Shown here piece after piece: positions 1-13,900 of a stretch of DNA of 64,000 nt (its first letter is position 1; every line of letters starts with the position of its first letter). Source of the DNA: Eimeria praecox. Taxonomy: Eukaryota. The notes beneath the pieces were generated by a model. The model searched no databases. It worked only from the letters and a program-made list of their open reading frames with translations, and had not been told where the DNA came from. Position numbers and translations under genes: made by a program. The stretch spans positions 124,001 to 188,000 of the forward strand of contig OY986950.1 in NCBI GenBank assembly GCA_963920595.1. Reading direction: 5' to 3'.

Positions 1-1419
1 ATCGCTCGACACAAGCACGCAGCCATCCATCCAAACGTGGCAGCTCTCCACAGCACATACCAAGTGAAATATGACCCAAATGTACACACATACGAACAAG
101 GAATTCTCCTCCGCGCCTCGCCCAAACCTTCCTGTCAGTAACCAAACAAACGCCGACGCAGTTCGTTGGCCATTTCCACACTTTCAGCTTAAGCCAGTGA
201 ATGCGATGCTTGTTGCCTCCTCTGCAAATATACATGACTACAGGCAAACAAGCGAACAATTAAACAAGCAGCAGCACAGTGTTCCTATTCGCCAAAGAAC
301 AGCCATGCTGTCATGCCATTTATTCACGGACAGCCATCAAACAGAGCAACCTACACATGCCTGCCAACGTGCATAGGCGCCACGCTTTTCGCTACCCGCT
401 TGCAGCTCCAACTGATCGAACAGTCAGAACCCTTGTTCGTCGAATAAAACACCTGCACACGCCGTTGGAATTACGAGTTTCTATGACCCTCATCATGTGC
501 TCTCCAACTTATCCCTCAAACAATTACACGAAATATTCACGCTGTCACCCACTTTCTGTACATTTAACGCAATGCGACCGTCACAGTGGTACCCAGTGTC
601 CTTACTAGCTCCGTTGACGCGGTTCTATACCGCCCACAGGGAAACGCGGCGGCCTTCCGGCAAGTGTTGCTCTGTCTAGTCAGCCACTGCACGCCGACAC
701 AGACGGTCGATGAGCTGCAAGCATGACCCCACAAACAGCAACAAAGGGACACAAGCACGACAAGCAGCAAGACAGCCAGAGACCTCCTGCACCATACCCA
801 AACCTACGCATGTAAACTAGATCATAACCTTTGGGGGGGGGTCCTGCCCAGCAGCTACCAACGTGTTTGCGCTTCGCCTCCCATGCCTGCAACAACAAGT
901 GAAATGCTTCTAGTCTTGCCGTGCAACAGCATCAGCATCAGTGCCCCCATACTCGACCACGGAAGTGGCCGGAAGTGATCGGAAGTGACAGCTTCATCCA
1001 TGTTTAATAGAGCGCTTTCGTTAATCGAAAACCCCCCCTGCTTCCTCGAGCATACACGCCCACCAACAACACTCCATACGCAATTATGCTGCCCCTGCCC
1101 TTCCCCAAGCAGCATCGTTCAAGTGGAAAAACACAAGCAAAGCCTGTCACCGTCATCGCTATAGCTATGCGTAGCCGCTTTGCAGTGATTGAGCAAACCT
1201 CATGGAACAGATTAATAATCCGCTCAACCCCTTCGCAATGGGACAAGCAATTCTTTCCGCAAAGCAGTGAGCCGGAGCATGTGCAAGCGCCACCCACGGC
1301 CTGCTCACAAAAGCATTATGTAAGAGCACCGCCTTCATAGCCTGAGCCATCCCCCAGCATGCATCAACAGGTAAGATAACATACGGTGCATCAAGGCCAG
1401 AAGATGCACCGAACACTTG

Positions 1420-1700
1420 CCCACCCAACCAATCTAGGAACCAGACTGTGGGCTAAACCAAAACTGCCAATGAGCATGGACCGTCAAGTGAAAAACCAGT
1501 ACCACTAACGCCAACCCCCACAAAAAACAAACTCCGACAGCAGCTGTGGCCTTCTCAAGCTGCCCAAGCATCTGCAGCGAGCTTACCTTCAGCCTCTCAG
1601 TGCTCCATCCATAACGGGCTGCGCTGGCAGGACCTGTGTCTGTCGCAAGAACAACACGCAGGCCTATCTTCGTTCCGCTGAGGTAAGCCATGGCAATTGC
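1420..1700 (-). pseudogene. Retroviral-type aspartic protease remnant (second copy ~5595-5875)
   Basis: Minus frame LRVVLATDTGPASAARYGWSTERLKVSSL keeps the DTG motif. Further downstream ttcctagattggttg gives LDWL, like the GLDWL end of gypsy proteases. Confidence 0.6.
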
Positions 1701-2099
1701 CTGGCAGCAGGAAACGCATTCGTAGCCACGCAGCATGCGGTGTTCCTTTCTTTCCTTCCGCCCGCAGGAACATTGCGATCCTCTTCCGGCACGTAGATGC
1801 GCAAGGGCCACAGAGCAACAAGCACTGCGTGCCAAAAAAGAGGTACCGCCGGTCTACTAGTACGCATACACCGCGTTCTACCGACGACTGCACGGTTGCG
1901 AATCTCATACCTACCGCTCTAACCATTCCGCTCGCTCACTGAGCAAAAGCAGGCGTCGCGAACTAGCCACATGGGAGCATATTTATACATCTCAGGACTA
2001 CGTTTAATGAGTCCAAGCGGAATTCAAACCGAATCTGTACAGAAGCTGGCTTTTCAGCTGAACGTCCAGACAGGGCCAGAGCCGGCTGAAAGTGACACG

Positions 2100-2450
2100 C
2101 TTGGACAATGGCGTCTCGTTGCCGCCTGCATTCCGGAAAAATTCCAGAGCAGAAAGTGGCTGTTCATTTGCAGCCGTCCTCGGGGAAGTGATCAGCATGA
2201 AAGCGGGCCAATGGCCAAAGCACACGCTTTGAGTGCTGTTTTTATGCGTTTTGTAGGTCTGTCCGTGAAATCCGAAAATATAGATAGGCACACCTTAGGT
2301 TTCTGCCGAACGTGCACCAAAGTCAACGGAACCCGACGCACACTGAAGCGCAGTGTCAAGGAGCATGTGAGCAATCTCAGCCTTTTCCTACGCTTCAGCT
2401 TACCTCCTTCAGCAAAGGCGAGCCCGCAAGGCATGCAGGATACGAGGTGC
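2100..2450 (-). pseudogene. Integrase catalytic-core remnant (second copy ~6415-6765)
   Basis: SDFTDRPTKRIKTALKAC resembles HPQTDGQTERVNRTLEQM. It is followed by QPLSALEF, like LLPALELAYN. Confidence 0.6.
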
Positions 2451-3699
2451 TAAAGGAATCGTTACTCGCGAGTGGCAATGGCATGATTGCATGCCGGTTG
2501 GTATACGGACACCAAGCGACTGTTAGATGAGACAAGGTTGAAAGATGCGCCGTCAGCACATTGGCAAAGAATGCTGCCTCTGATTCCAGGTAGCAACAAT
2601 ATCTGGGCTGGAAGCGGCTGTCAGCGAAGTGCTTGTGAGTATGACAGGGCTGTGGACTGTTCACACGTGAAATGCTGCGGACATCATGCCCAAAGGGTTT
2701 CTGGGTGGAACGCACGATAGTGCATTATCCTTTCGAGGGGCTGCCCGGGGGGTGCGTTCCCGGTGCTTATCATCTTCGCACTTGCTGATACACACCAGTC
2801 ATAGTTCGGCTAGCACCATAGTTCTGCAGGAACCATCGCTGCACTCTGGCGGCGAGTCAGCGAATGCCGTGAAAATACCCTTATTCTTGGTCTCGGAAGG
2901 ACAATCACCAACTCGATTACGCTCATTTCCTATAGACTCAGTGACCAAAGTGATACAGTTTCCAGAGCACAATGTTGTTGTTGGCCTACATATCGTAAAA
3001 GACCAGCATGCTTCTGTTGTTACCTACAGGTTATCCGCACTCATGCAGGGGCGCAAGGAACAAGCGCGGTCCCCTTTACAAGAGGCATGCGTTTAAGTGC
3101 TGACAATTCCTAGCAGCGGCACTTCCAGGCCGCCACACCGTCCGTACCGGTGATGCAACATCAGCGCTTCAAATGTATCGTAACACCCAACTCACTAACT
3201 GCGAATAATTGTGCTCCAAGCTACAATAAATAAATAGGCAGCCTGCACAGGCAAGCACCTGAGAAAACGCAACGAAGGCGTCTCAAGTGATCCCTCGGCT
3301 AAAACCAAAATGCGCCCGAACGCGTGCGTGCGTTCTGCACTTTATGGATGGGAATCACAATGGCTACCACAAAGCCATGCATTTTGCCGCGGGATCGTAG
3401 AGCGCCAGCTTTTGCATGGTCAATACACGCATCCGCCTGCATGAGAGTTTACTGTCAAACTGTTCGCCTAAGCCGCGGCAAATGCAGCTGCACCGTGCGC
3501 TATTCGCGACGCTCATGCCAAACCATTCTACCTACGTTGCATCCTCCCGCAGCCGTATATTCCGTGCACTAGAAATAAGGTGCATGCAGCATGCGTCCCC
3601 CATTATAGGTCAAGTGCACGCCGTAGCCGCTCCCACCAGCATGTCCGGAATTGGTAACCACGCATTCGGCGGCTTTCATCCATGATTTAGCCAGTGGGC

Positions 3700-4750
3700 G
3701 ACGACCTGCTAAATTTCGTCCAGATGCGTTCAAACGGCACAGACGCACTTGTATTACCGCGGAGACTGGAAAATAGTTTCTAACGTTCCAGCACTCAACA
3801 GTCTAGTCCTGCCGGAAGAGTATTCGTCATGTCCTATACTGTATGCCAACATACTGTACCTCTGTATTCTTACATACAGTATAGCGCAAGCTGAATACTC
3901 TTTTGCTACCAACGGCGTATGCTGTAACATGTCTTCGCTGCCAAGAGCCACAAACCATCAGCAGCAGGCCCCGGACACCAGACGCTGTACAATACCGAAA
4001 CAGCGAACGAAGCTGGATGAGTAGTTCCTTCCTTAAACGCCTTCAACGAAGCCGCAGCATTAACGCAGCAGCGTTTTAGCTAGTCGCCATTCCCATTTAC
4101 CCTCGTATTCCAACGGATCAGAACAAAATGTCCAGTGACACTCTGGCGCAGACCCACTAACACTAGATCCCATACAATCGCTCGACACAAGCACGCAGCC
4201 ATCCATCCAAACGCGGCAGCTCTCCACAGCACATACCAAGTGAAATATGACCCAAATGTACACACATACGAACAAGGAATTCTCCTCCGCGCCTCGCCCA
4301 AACCTTCCTGTCAGTAACCAAACAAACGCCGACGCAGTTCGTTGGCCATTTCCACACTTTCAGCTTAAGCCAGTGAATGCGATGCTTGTTGCCTCCTCTG
4401 CAAATATACATGACTACAGGCAAACAAGCGAACAATTAAACAAGCAGCAGCACAGTGTTCCTATTCGCCAAAGAACAGCCATGCTGTCATGCCATTTATT
4501 CACGGACAGCCATCAAACAGAGCAACCTACACATGCCTGCCAACGTGCATAGGCGCCACGCTTTTCGCTACCCGCTTGCAGCTCCAACTGATCGAACAGT
4601 CAGAACCCTTGTTCGTCGAATAAAACACCTGTACACGCCGTTGGAATTACGAGTTTCTATGACCCTCATCATGTGCTCTCCAACTTATCCCTCAAACAAT
4701 TACACGAAATATTCACGCTGTCACCCACGTTCTGCGCGGTTAACGCAATG
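3700..4750 (-). pseudogene. Reverse transcriptase to RNase H remnant
   Basis: In order along the minus strand: LFDQLELQAG (~4600); CRGGNKHRIHW...KVWARRGGEFLVRMCVHLGHIS (ORF 4163..4435); KWEW...SLKAFKEGTTHP; TAYAVGS (~3915). These match the RT core, the connection region and the RNase H start. Confidence 0.7.
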
Positions 4751-7299
4751 CCACAGTTACAGTTGTATGCAGTGTTCTTACTAGCTCCGTTGACGCGGTT
4801 CTATACCGCCCACAGAGAAACGCGGCGGCCTTCCGGCAAGTGCCGCTCTGTCTAGTCAGCCACTGCACGCCGACACAGAGGGTCGATGAGCTGCAAGCAT
4901 GACCCCACAAACAGCAACAAAGGGACACAAGCACGACAAGCAGCAAGACAGCCAGAGACCTCCTGCACCATACCCAAACCTACGCATGTAAACTAGATCA
5001 TAGCCTTTGGGGGGGTTCCTGCCCAGCAGCTACCAACGTGTTTGCGCTTCACCTCCCATGCCTGCAACAACAAGTGAAATGCTTCTAGTCTTGCCGTGCA
5101 ACAGCATCAGCATCAGTGCCCCCATACTCGACCACGGAAGTGGCCGGAAGTGATCGGAAGTGGCAGCTTCATCCATGTTTAATAGAGCGCTTTCGTTAAT
5201 CGAAAACCCCCCCTGCTTCCTCGAGCATACACGCCCACCAACAACACTCCATACGCAATTATGCTGCGCCTTCCCTTCTCCAAACAGCATCGTTCAAGTG
5301 GAAAAACACAAGCAAAGCCTGTCACCGTCATCGCTATAGCTATGCGTAGCCGCTTTGCAGTGATTGAGCAAACCTCATGGAACAGATTAATAATCCGCTC
5401 AACCCCTTCGCAGTGGGGCAAGCAATTCTTTCCGCAAAGCCGTGAGCCGGAGCATGTGCAAGCGCCACCCACGATCTGCTCACAAAAGCATTATGTAAGA
5501 GCACCGCCTTCATAGCCTGAGCCATCCCCCAACATGCATCAACAGGTAAGATAACATACGTTGCATCAAGGCCAGAAGATGCACCGAGCACTTGCCCACC
5601 CAACCAATCTAGGAACCAGACTGTGGGCTAAACCAAAACTGCCAATGAGCATGGACCGTCAAGTGAAAAACCAGTACCACTAACGCCAACCCCCACAAAA
5701 AACAAACTCCGACAGCAGCTGTGGCCTTCTCAAGCTGCCCAAGCATCTGCAGCGAGCTTACCTTCAGCCTCTCAGTGCTCCATCCATAACGGGCTGCACT
5801 GGCAGGACCTGTGTCTGTCGCAAGAACAACACGCAGGCCTATCTTCGTTCGGCTGAGGCAAGCCATGGCAATTGCCTCGGAGCAGCAACACATTCGTAGC
5901 CAGGCAGCATGCGGTGTTCCTTTCTTTCCTTCCGCCCGCAGGAACATTGCGACCCTTCTCAGCCAGATACAATACACAAGGGCCACAGAGCAACACGCAC
6001 GGCTCGAGCTGTAACTGCGTTGATAGACTCGAACAGTAGCGTTGATCAACTGTGCCTCTGCTTGAGGCATTCTTACAGGTGGCGCTTGAATCAGCATCAT
6101 GACGTACGTTCTAAGGCAGCGTAGATGTATAAAGCGTCAGACAAAGCCTAACACGGGCTCGACAGACTTTCTGCCACGCATACACCACGTTCCACCGACG
6201 ACTGCACGGTTGCGAATCTCATACCTATCGCTCTAACCATTCCGCTCGCTCACTGAGCAAAAGCAGGCGTCGCGAACTAGCCACATGGGAGCATATTAAT
6301 ACATCTCAGGACTACCTTTAATGAGTCCAAGCGGAATTCAAACCGAATCTGTACAGAAGCTGGCTTTTCAGCTGAACGTCCAGACAGGGCCAGAGCCGGC
6401 TGAAAGTGACACGCTTGGACAATGGCGTCTCGTTGCCGCCTGCATTCCGGAAAAATTCCAGAGCAGAAAGTGGCTGTTCATTTGCAGCCGTCCTCGGGGA
6501 AATGATCAGCATGAAAGCGGGCCAGTGGCCAAAGCACACGCTTTGAGTGCTGTTTTTATGCGTTTTGTAGGTCTGTCCGTGAAATCCGAAAACATAGATA
6601 GGCACACCTTAGGTTTCTGCCGAACGTGCACCAAAGTCAACGGAACCCGACGCACACTGAAGCGCAGTGTCAAGGAGCATGTGAGCAATCTCAGCCTTTT
6701 CCTACGCTTCAGCTTACCTCCTTCAGCAAAGGCGAGCCCGCAAGGCATGCAGGATACGAGGTGCTAAAGGAATCGTTACTCGCGGAAGGTAATGCCAAGA
6801 CTGCTTGTGGGTTGGTATACGGGCATCAAGCGATTGGTGCATGGGAATACCTTGTAGTGATCTCCGTCCGCCCAGAGGCAAACACTGCTGCCTCTGCGTA
6901 CAGGCCGCACTAGACGTAAAGCGGCAGCCGGGGAAATGCATTTAACGCTTGCAGCGCTACCGGATATTGTGTACAGTATGGCCGACATCGTACCTACAGC
7001 GCACAATGAAACACACAAAAGTGCATTATCCTCTTGAGTGTGCGGTTCTGCAAGTAGCCTGCAGCTACTTGTGTGGAATCTGCTTCTTCAGCAGCAACGG
7101 GATCAAGCGATCAAAGGCATCTGCTGCCTTTTTAAACGTGGTGCGTTGAGTAGAATGTCTAGCAGCATAATCATGCGCATATAGTAAGCACATGTTGAGA
7201 ACGTGCTGGCATACGCTTCAACTATTAACAGCACAGCTTCGCACATTGTGGAAAGCAAGCAACCCGCACCTAACAGTTATCGTTCCCATTAGAGGTGCT

Positions 7300-8350
7300 C
7301 TACGGGCGAGGGAGACAGCCACCTAACGCTCAGAGTCGTCTTTGCAGCCGTCATTTGAACGTGCTTTGTTTCATCAAGCTCCTCAGCCCTCAGGGCGTAT
7401 CTTTGCGTTCCGCTGTTAAATTGTTAGGTGACAAAACGGTCTAAGCAGGGGTGCCCTACACCAGCACGCCAATGAGGTGTAGCTTTCTTGGTGAATCACG
7501 CCATCTTTGGTCGAAAGACACTGTCACACCACCACAAACGAATTAACCGTTCTTCGGTAGAGAGGCGCTCATTGCACGCCGCTGACTCGGTGGTTACATA
7601 CTTTTGTTTGGTGGTCCGCTTGCAGTGAATCAGCGCAAATATCACACCCTCCAAACCCTTGCTATAATGTGCACCTGGTAAACCAGAAAACTCCCTGCAA
7701 ATAAATAGGAGCAACTTCACACTTGAATTAGTTGCCAATATGATGCTTACAACAAGGGGAACCATGGATATGCTCTTAAAGTATAATATCACAATAGCCT
7801 GCTGTGCACTCATTTGGGCGTGCACACGTTCTCAGTTGTCGCTTAATGCGCGCAGGACTGTTTGCCAGCAAATGCACCCTGTGCGAAACTTAAACATGCC
7901 GCCTGCCCATGTCCGCAATGAAATAACGCGAAGCTGGAATTTAGCCACCAGATTCGAAGTTCCATTACCACAGCCCTTTCATACCCCAAATGCGTCTTAG
8001 ACTACTCTACACCAGCCAACAGTACCATGCCGCCTGAAGATAAGCAGCGCAGCATTCCCTTTCAGAGTTCCACCTTTCTAGAATACTTTCCACCGCCACG
8101 GCAAATAGAACAGTCCTGCAATAGTAGTTCTTTCGTGCCGCATTGTGTTGTACCAGTGATCCCTCAGCACTCTAACCATAGGCATGCCTGCACTTCGATA
8201 AAGAGCACCAACGCGGGGATGTTCAGCAAACTCCCAGGGCCAGCGCTCCTGCAATTCCACCTGCGTATGCAGCATTTCGATTCTAATCAAAGACCGATCA
8301 CCAAAACGTCTTAACTGCGCCGTCAGCACTTCTAAACCCTTGTGTGCATT
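7300..8350 (-). pseudogene. Integrase zinc-binding and core remnant
   Basis: EFAEHPRVGALYR...VLRDHWY resembles EFHDHPxAGHLG...LxxHYYW. Downstream KYVTTE...ERLIRL resembles KSFTAA...DRLIRYHG. Confidence 0.5.
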
Positions 8351-8799
8351 CAGGAAGCAGCTTCCTTTTGATGTCCTCTCACTGTCTAGATTCCCCAACA
8401 GCTGCGCATGTCTCATTCAAATCTGAGGCGAGAAACCCTCTTAAGCTATTCTCAAGGGATGTACTGCGACTCCTCTAGCAGCTCCCCCTTCCATGACTCC
8501 CCAAAAATAGACTCCAGCGCTACAAAACCGATATTGCACCTGACTACATTAACTGAGCTCTGGAGTTCATGTTCCCTGTTCCAGGCTTGTTCGCACCAGC
8601 CCACACCTATGGGAACAACGTTGTCTACGTACGAGCAATAGATGCCAGCTCAGATGCGCACCCAAGCTTTAGTACACATAACCGATGATCAATATTCGGT
8701 GCCGCATCACCTATAGATCCCGAGCTGCTGTCCAGACAAGTGCCTAATGACACCCGTGAGGCACGCACTGTCTGTGTGGTAAAGGCAGGGCACGTCTTA

Positions 8800-9260
8800 A
8801 TAACCGTAGTGCATGCTTTCCCTAGTTGCTCATCTGACGCTTTCCACCCCGTCGCAGATTTGTGGAATATTTCAACAAAGAAGCAAGCTGACTCTACTAC
8901 CCGAGCCACCGTAGTACACGTTTGGTTTTCGGCGCGTAAATAACTAGGTACTAGTTTAGTAGTCACCATGCAGGCGCTGTTCAAAATGCCCATCAGCCAC
9001 TTGTGCGGGCGCCACTCACGAGCTGCGAGAAACGGCACTGCTTATAATGCCAAAAACGCCCATCAGAACCTTCTTCGCATACAGCAGGCGAACCCAGTAA
9101 GCACATGCTGCAGCAATACCAGCGCAAGCAGCAGCCTTTCCTACTCAATGAACCTCCGCCCCACCGGGTGCGTCAAACCATAAACCCTGCATGCGCACGC
9201 CACTTCACGCCAAGCGCATACACACAAACGCTAACACATAAAATGAGCCCACCAAGGCAA
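8800..9260 (-). pseudogene. RNase H (Ty3/gypsy type) remnant; copies at ~12650-13110 and ~16530-16990
   Basis: HPVG...LSRK, then AAREWRPH...SYLRAENQTCTTVARVVESACFFVEIFHKSATGWKASDEQL, which parallels ALREWRHY...TYLxTQxxLSRRQARWLEFLAEFDFEIxHKPGxxNxVADAL. Confidence 0.65.
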
Positions 9261-10249
9261 AGCTTCTTTCTGTAGTAGTAGCGCTAATTTGTAGAGCTCC
9301 TACTGCCCACATTCGATCCGCAAAGCATGAATAATTGCAGCCCCAGATCCCGCGTCATTGACTATAGCTACAGAGGAAAATACCTGCAGGCTGATGCAAC
9401 AATGTATGATGAGATGTAATGCAGGTACTCCGTCCACCCAGCTTCACGCCCAAAGCAATGTACCACTTTTTCTCCGTACCCATGCTAACGCAGTTGACAG
9501 ATAGATACCAGGTTATACATGGAGCGCAGGGAACTACAGGTGTGTCCAGAGGGAACACTCCCGCGGCAAACGCTCTTGTACAGCAGCGCACAGAGGGCCC
9601 AAAAAGCGAGTGGTGCAGTTTCCACTAGCCCAGTGCATACGTGACTGATGCAGATGAAATGCAGAATGCCCCTACGCGCACACCATTGAAGGCATGCATT
9701 TGATGTGGCTTGCTCCGTATACCAGCGGCTAGCACCTGGGACGCTAGATTCAGCATCCATCCAGCTGCCACGGCAGAAAGCGCACTTTCTAACCCAGCAA
9801 ATATGCAGTGTTAGAGGGAAAAAGAAGCCCGTGTAAGGTTGGGTCTCAAGCAACGGCTTGTGCACGCCCGCTGCTCGTATGCAAGAATGCATCCGATCCA
9901 CGAAAAGATCTATCCTTAACGTAGCGCATGACCGCCAGCCATGCCGAGGACCCCTTATCCAACCTGCCCAAAACGCAGCCACCGAATCAGGGGTCCCGAA
10001 AGATAGGCTTGGGACTGCTTGATTGCAACTCAAACGAGTGCATCCAGCGCGACAGACAATCACTGGAGAATTTGCCGCTGCTGAAAAGCGTATCTGCCCA
10101 GTTTCAACCGGATGGAAACATTAAAGCTCATTAGCCCGCTTGGTCCGCCCCTCTATTGAGAAGAGGTCGCGCCGCGGGGACGAAACGCACAGCGGTGGAG
10201 TAGCAGAGCCAAATGATCACGCGCCTGGCGTTCGGGCGCACTCTCTGCG

Positions 10250-10900
10250 CAGTCGTCGACTCGAACAACGGCGCACGCTGCATGGAGCCAGAATGCAATT
10301 ATGCACAATTTTTATTTCAACGCCAACCAACGTCCCCACATGAAGATGCTGATCCGCGTATATTGTGCACAGCTGTCAGTTCTAACGCCTTCCGTCGCAC
10401 GACATTCTGTCTTTTCGAGCCAACAAAGCAGCTTTCACAAGCATCGTTCCGTACAAAATCGCCGGCATCTGGTTGTCGCGTGGCTTTTGCTCCCAACGCA
10501 ATCACTCTGCTTGGTAACGATAAAGCGGCATCGTCATTTGTCCCTAACTGCGCCCCTCTAATAGCACTTACTGTTTATGAACCGTTCTGTGGCCTTACAC
10601 TACTCAGAACCTTTTGCAGCGAAACACGCGGAACCCCGCGAACTGGATCGTGTATAATGATGCCAAGTTCTTTACTGTTAGCTCTATCATTCCTTATAAT
10701 ATTTGTAGCAAGTAGTGCGAGCATACCAACAAATGCACTCTCAGGCCTGAGACGAGCACTTGCATAAGGAGTTCTAAAGGCCAGAGTGAATGATATGGCG
10801 AAACATGCATCATCTTTTACAAAGCGAAGACTTTGAAGCAGTTTGCTGCATTCGGCTCCAACAGGCCTCTCGTTACACTTGCAGCTTCATTGCTCCCACA
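10250..10900 (-). pseudogene. Integrase core and C-terminal remnant; copy at ~14100-14750
   Basis: In order: L*KMMHVSP (~LSKMAHFVP), VLVSGLRV (~VLISDRDP), RVSLQKVLSS (~RVNRTLEQMLR), CGDVGWR*NKN (~VGDKVWLSSKH). Confidence 0.6.
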
Positions 10901-13900
10901 TTTTCGCTCAACAAGTCGCCACAGATTCTATTACCTGACGCCACGCACGTTGTGCATGCGGCGCCTGCCTGCTACGTACTAGCTAAAGTTGCGATAGCCT
11001 TCGTACGGAGCTAATGAAATAGTTGCGCCAGCACTCAACGCAGACTCGCCACCACTCAGCAAACTTTAGCCTCAATGCCACTGCAGTGCCAAGTTATCTG
11101 TGCCCAAAAGATAGCTGTACTCGCTCCGCAGCTTCTCCACAGTAAGGTCAGCACCACCCAAAGCGTCTAGCTGCCAACTCCAAGGTTCATTTTTGCAGCT
11201 AACTAGAGGCATGTCCAACACGCGCCAAGATGCAAAGAGCATGCGTCCTCTTCTGGCAAGAATCAACCCTAGGCTGCAGCTCCCAAACTCGGTGGAAACC
11301 AGACTGCCGGTCCTATCCGCTGCGAGACACTACCTTGCATCTATAAATGTGCCTGGGCGTTGCTCTAGGGGCACCGCACGCTCTTGCAGGAATTATGCCT
11401 CATGCCAGAAAAATTTAACGAGCCCTTGCTTGCCCGCTGCAAGACAAAATCGCACCGCAGGCGAGCCCAATGCGTTATTTGGCAACCCGAGAATCACAAT
11501 GCCGAGCAAAGCCACCGTGGTTATGCGCGATTTCTTTGCGCATGCAACAGGCGCTTCACGCGGAACAGTGGCGCTACGCTGGGGCGCCATGTGGCTGTGC
11601 CACTGTGCACCCTGGCTGGTGCTCCATGCACCTGCATCTGTCCCCCAGCGAATAAAAGACATATATGCCCGTGTGCGGTTTGCTTCACCCCTGCTGCACC
11701 CTGATAGATCAAATACTACGCTGTTGCCGTCCCGGAAGTCTAAGACTGAATCCGCATATCTCATGCTTCTCAGGATCTTCCATCACCCCCACACAGACAT
11801 GTACGCATTGTATTTAGCGCATCCTACTAGAAACTCACTCTTCCGTTTGCAGTGCTCAAAATGCCTCTGTTTTACTAGATGCAGACAACAGAATCCCGGC
11901 TACCAACCACGCTCTCTAACAATGTTTTCTACCGCCACGGCAAATAGAAAGTAACTATTTATCGTGCAATAGTAGTTCTTTCGTGCCGCATTATGTTGTA
12001 CCAGTGATCCCTCAGCACTCTAACCATAGGCATGCCTGCACTTCGATAAAGAGCACCAACGCGGGGATGTTCAGCAAACTCCCAGGGCCAGCGCTCCTGC
12101 AATTCCACCTGCGTATTCAGCATTTCGATTCTAATCAAAGACCGACCACCAAAACGTCTTAACTGCGCCGTCAGCACTTCTAAACCCTTGTGTGCATTCA
12201 GGAAGCAGCTTCCTTTTGATGTCCTCTCACTGTCTAGAGTCCCCAACAGCTGCGCATGTCTCATTCAAATCTGAGGCGAGAAACCCTCTTAAGCTATTCT
12301 CAAGGGATGTACTGCGACTCCTCTAGCAGCTCCCCCTTCCATGACTCCCCAAAAATAGACTCCAGCGCTACAAAACCGATATTGCACCTGACTACATTAA
12401 CTGAGCTCTGGAGTTCATGTTCCCTGTTCCAGGCTTATTCGCTCCAGCCCACACCTATGGGAACAACGCTGTCTACGTACGAGCAATAGATGCCAACTCA
12501 GATGCGCACCCAAGCTTTAGTACACATAACCGATGATCAATATTCGGTGCCGCATCACCTATAGATCCCGAGCTGCTGTCCATACACGTGCCTAGTGACA
12601 CCCGTGAGGCACGCACTTTCTGTATGGTAAAGGCAGGGCACGTCTTAATAACCGTAGTGCAAGCTTTCCCTAGTTGCTCATCTGACGCTTTCCTCCCCGT
12701 CACAGATTCGTGGAATACTTCAACAAAGAAGCAAGCTGACTCTACTACCCGAGCCACCGTAGTACACGTTTGGTTTTCGGCGCGTAAATAACTAGGTACT
12801 AGTTTAGTAGTCACCATGCAGGCGCTGTTCAAAATGCCCATCAGCCACTTGTGCGGGCGCCACTCACGAGCTGCGAGAAACGGCACTGCTTATAATGCCA
12901 AAAACGCCCATCAGAACCTTCTTCGCATACAGCAGGCGAACCCAGTAAGCACATGCTGCAGCAATACCAGCGCAAGCAGCAACCTTTCCTTCTCAATGAA
13001 CCTCCGCCCCACCGGGTGTGTCAAACCATAAACCCTGCATGCGCACGCCACTTCACGCCAAGCGCATACACACAAACGCTAACACATAAAATGAGCCCAC
13101 CAAGACAAAGCTTCTTTCTGTAGTAGTAGCGCTAATTTGTAGAGCTCCTACTGCCCACATTCGATCCGCAAAGCATGAATAATTGCAGCCCCAGATCCCG
13201 CGTCATTGACTATAGCTACAGAGGAAAATACCTGCAGGCTGATGCAACAATGTATGATGAGATGTAATGCAGGTGCTCTGTCCACCCAGCTTCACGCCCA
13301 AAGCAATGTACCACTTTTTCTCCGTACCCATGCTAACGCAGTTGACAGATAGATACCAGGTTATACATGGCGCGCAGGGAACTACAGGTGTGTCCAGAGG
13401 GAACACTCCCGCGGCAAACGCTCTTGTACAGCAGCGCACAGAGGGCCCAAAAAGCGAGTGGTGCAGTTTCCACTAGCCCAGTGCATACGTGACTGATGCA
13501 GATGAAATGCAGAATGCCCCTACGCGCACACCATTGAAGGCATGCATTTGATGTGGCTTGCTCCGTATACCAGCGGCTAGCACCTGGGACGCTAGATTCA
13601 GCATCCATCCAGCTGCCACGGCAGAAAGCGCACTTTCTAACCCAGCAAATATGCAGTGTTAGAGGGAAAAAGAAGCCCGTGTAAAGTTGGGTCTCAAGCA
13701 ACGGCTTGTGCACGCCCGCTGCTCGTATGCAAGAATGCATCCGATCCACGAAAAGATCTATCCTTAACGTAGCGCATGACCGCCAGCCATGCCGAGGACC
13801 CCTTATCCAACCTGCCCAAAACGCAGCCACCGAATCAGGGGTCCCGAAAGATAGGCTTGGGACTGCTTGATTGCAACTCAAACGAGTGCATCCAGCGCGA

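Larger units (their letters stand above)
1..6835. repeat. Tandem block A, period ~4,176 bp (1..~2520 repeated at 4177..~6835; runs off the left edge)
   Basis: Position 1 atcgctcgacacaagcacgc recurs at 4177. ORF pairs are offset by 4176 (71/4247, 279/4455), then by 4314 after a ~138 bp indel at ~5960-6180 (2004/6318). The copies diverge after ~2470/6785. Confidence 0.95.

Noticed and set aside
960..990. cggaagtg x3 mini-repeat (also ~5135)
   Set aside because: A trivial local slippage repeat inside decayed element sequence, with no support for function.
9180..9190. taaaccct telomere-like heptamer (also in the other B copies)
   Set aside because: A single occurrence per unit with no tandem run, so it is no evidence of a telomere.
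11193..11954. 253 aa plus-strand ORF
   Set aside because: It is antisense to pol remnants, starts at TTG, and is split by the 34 bp indel in the second copy.
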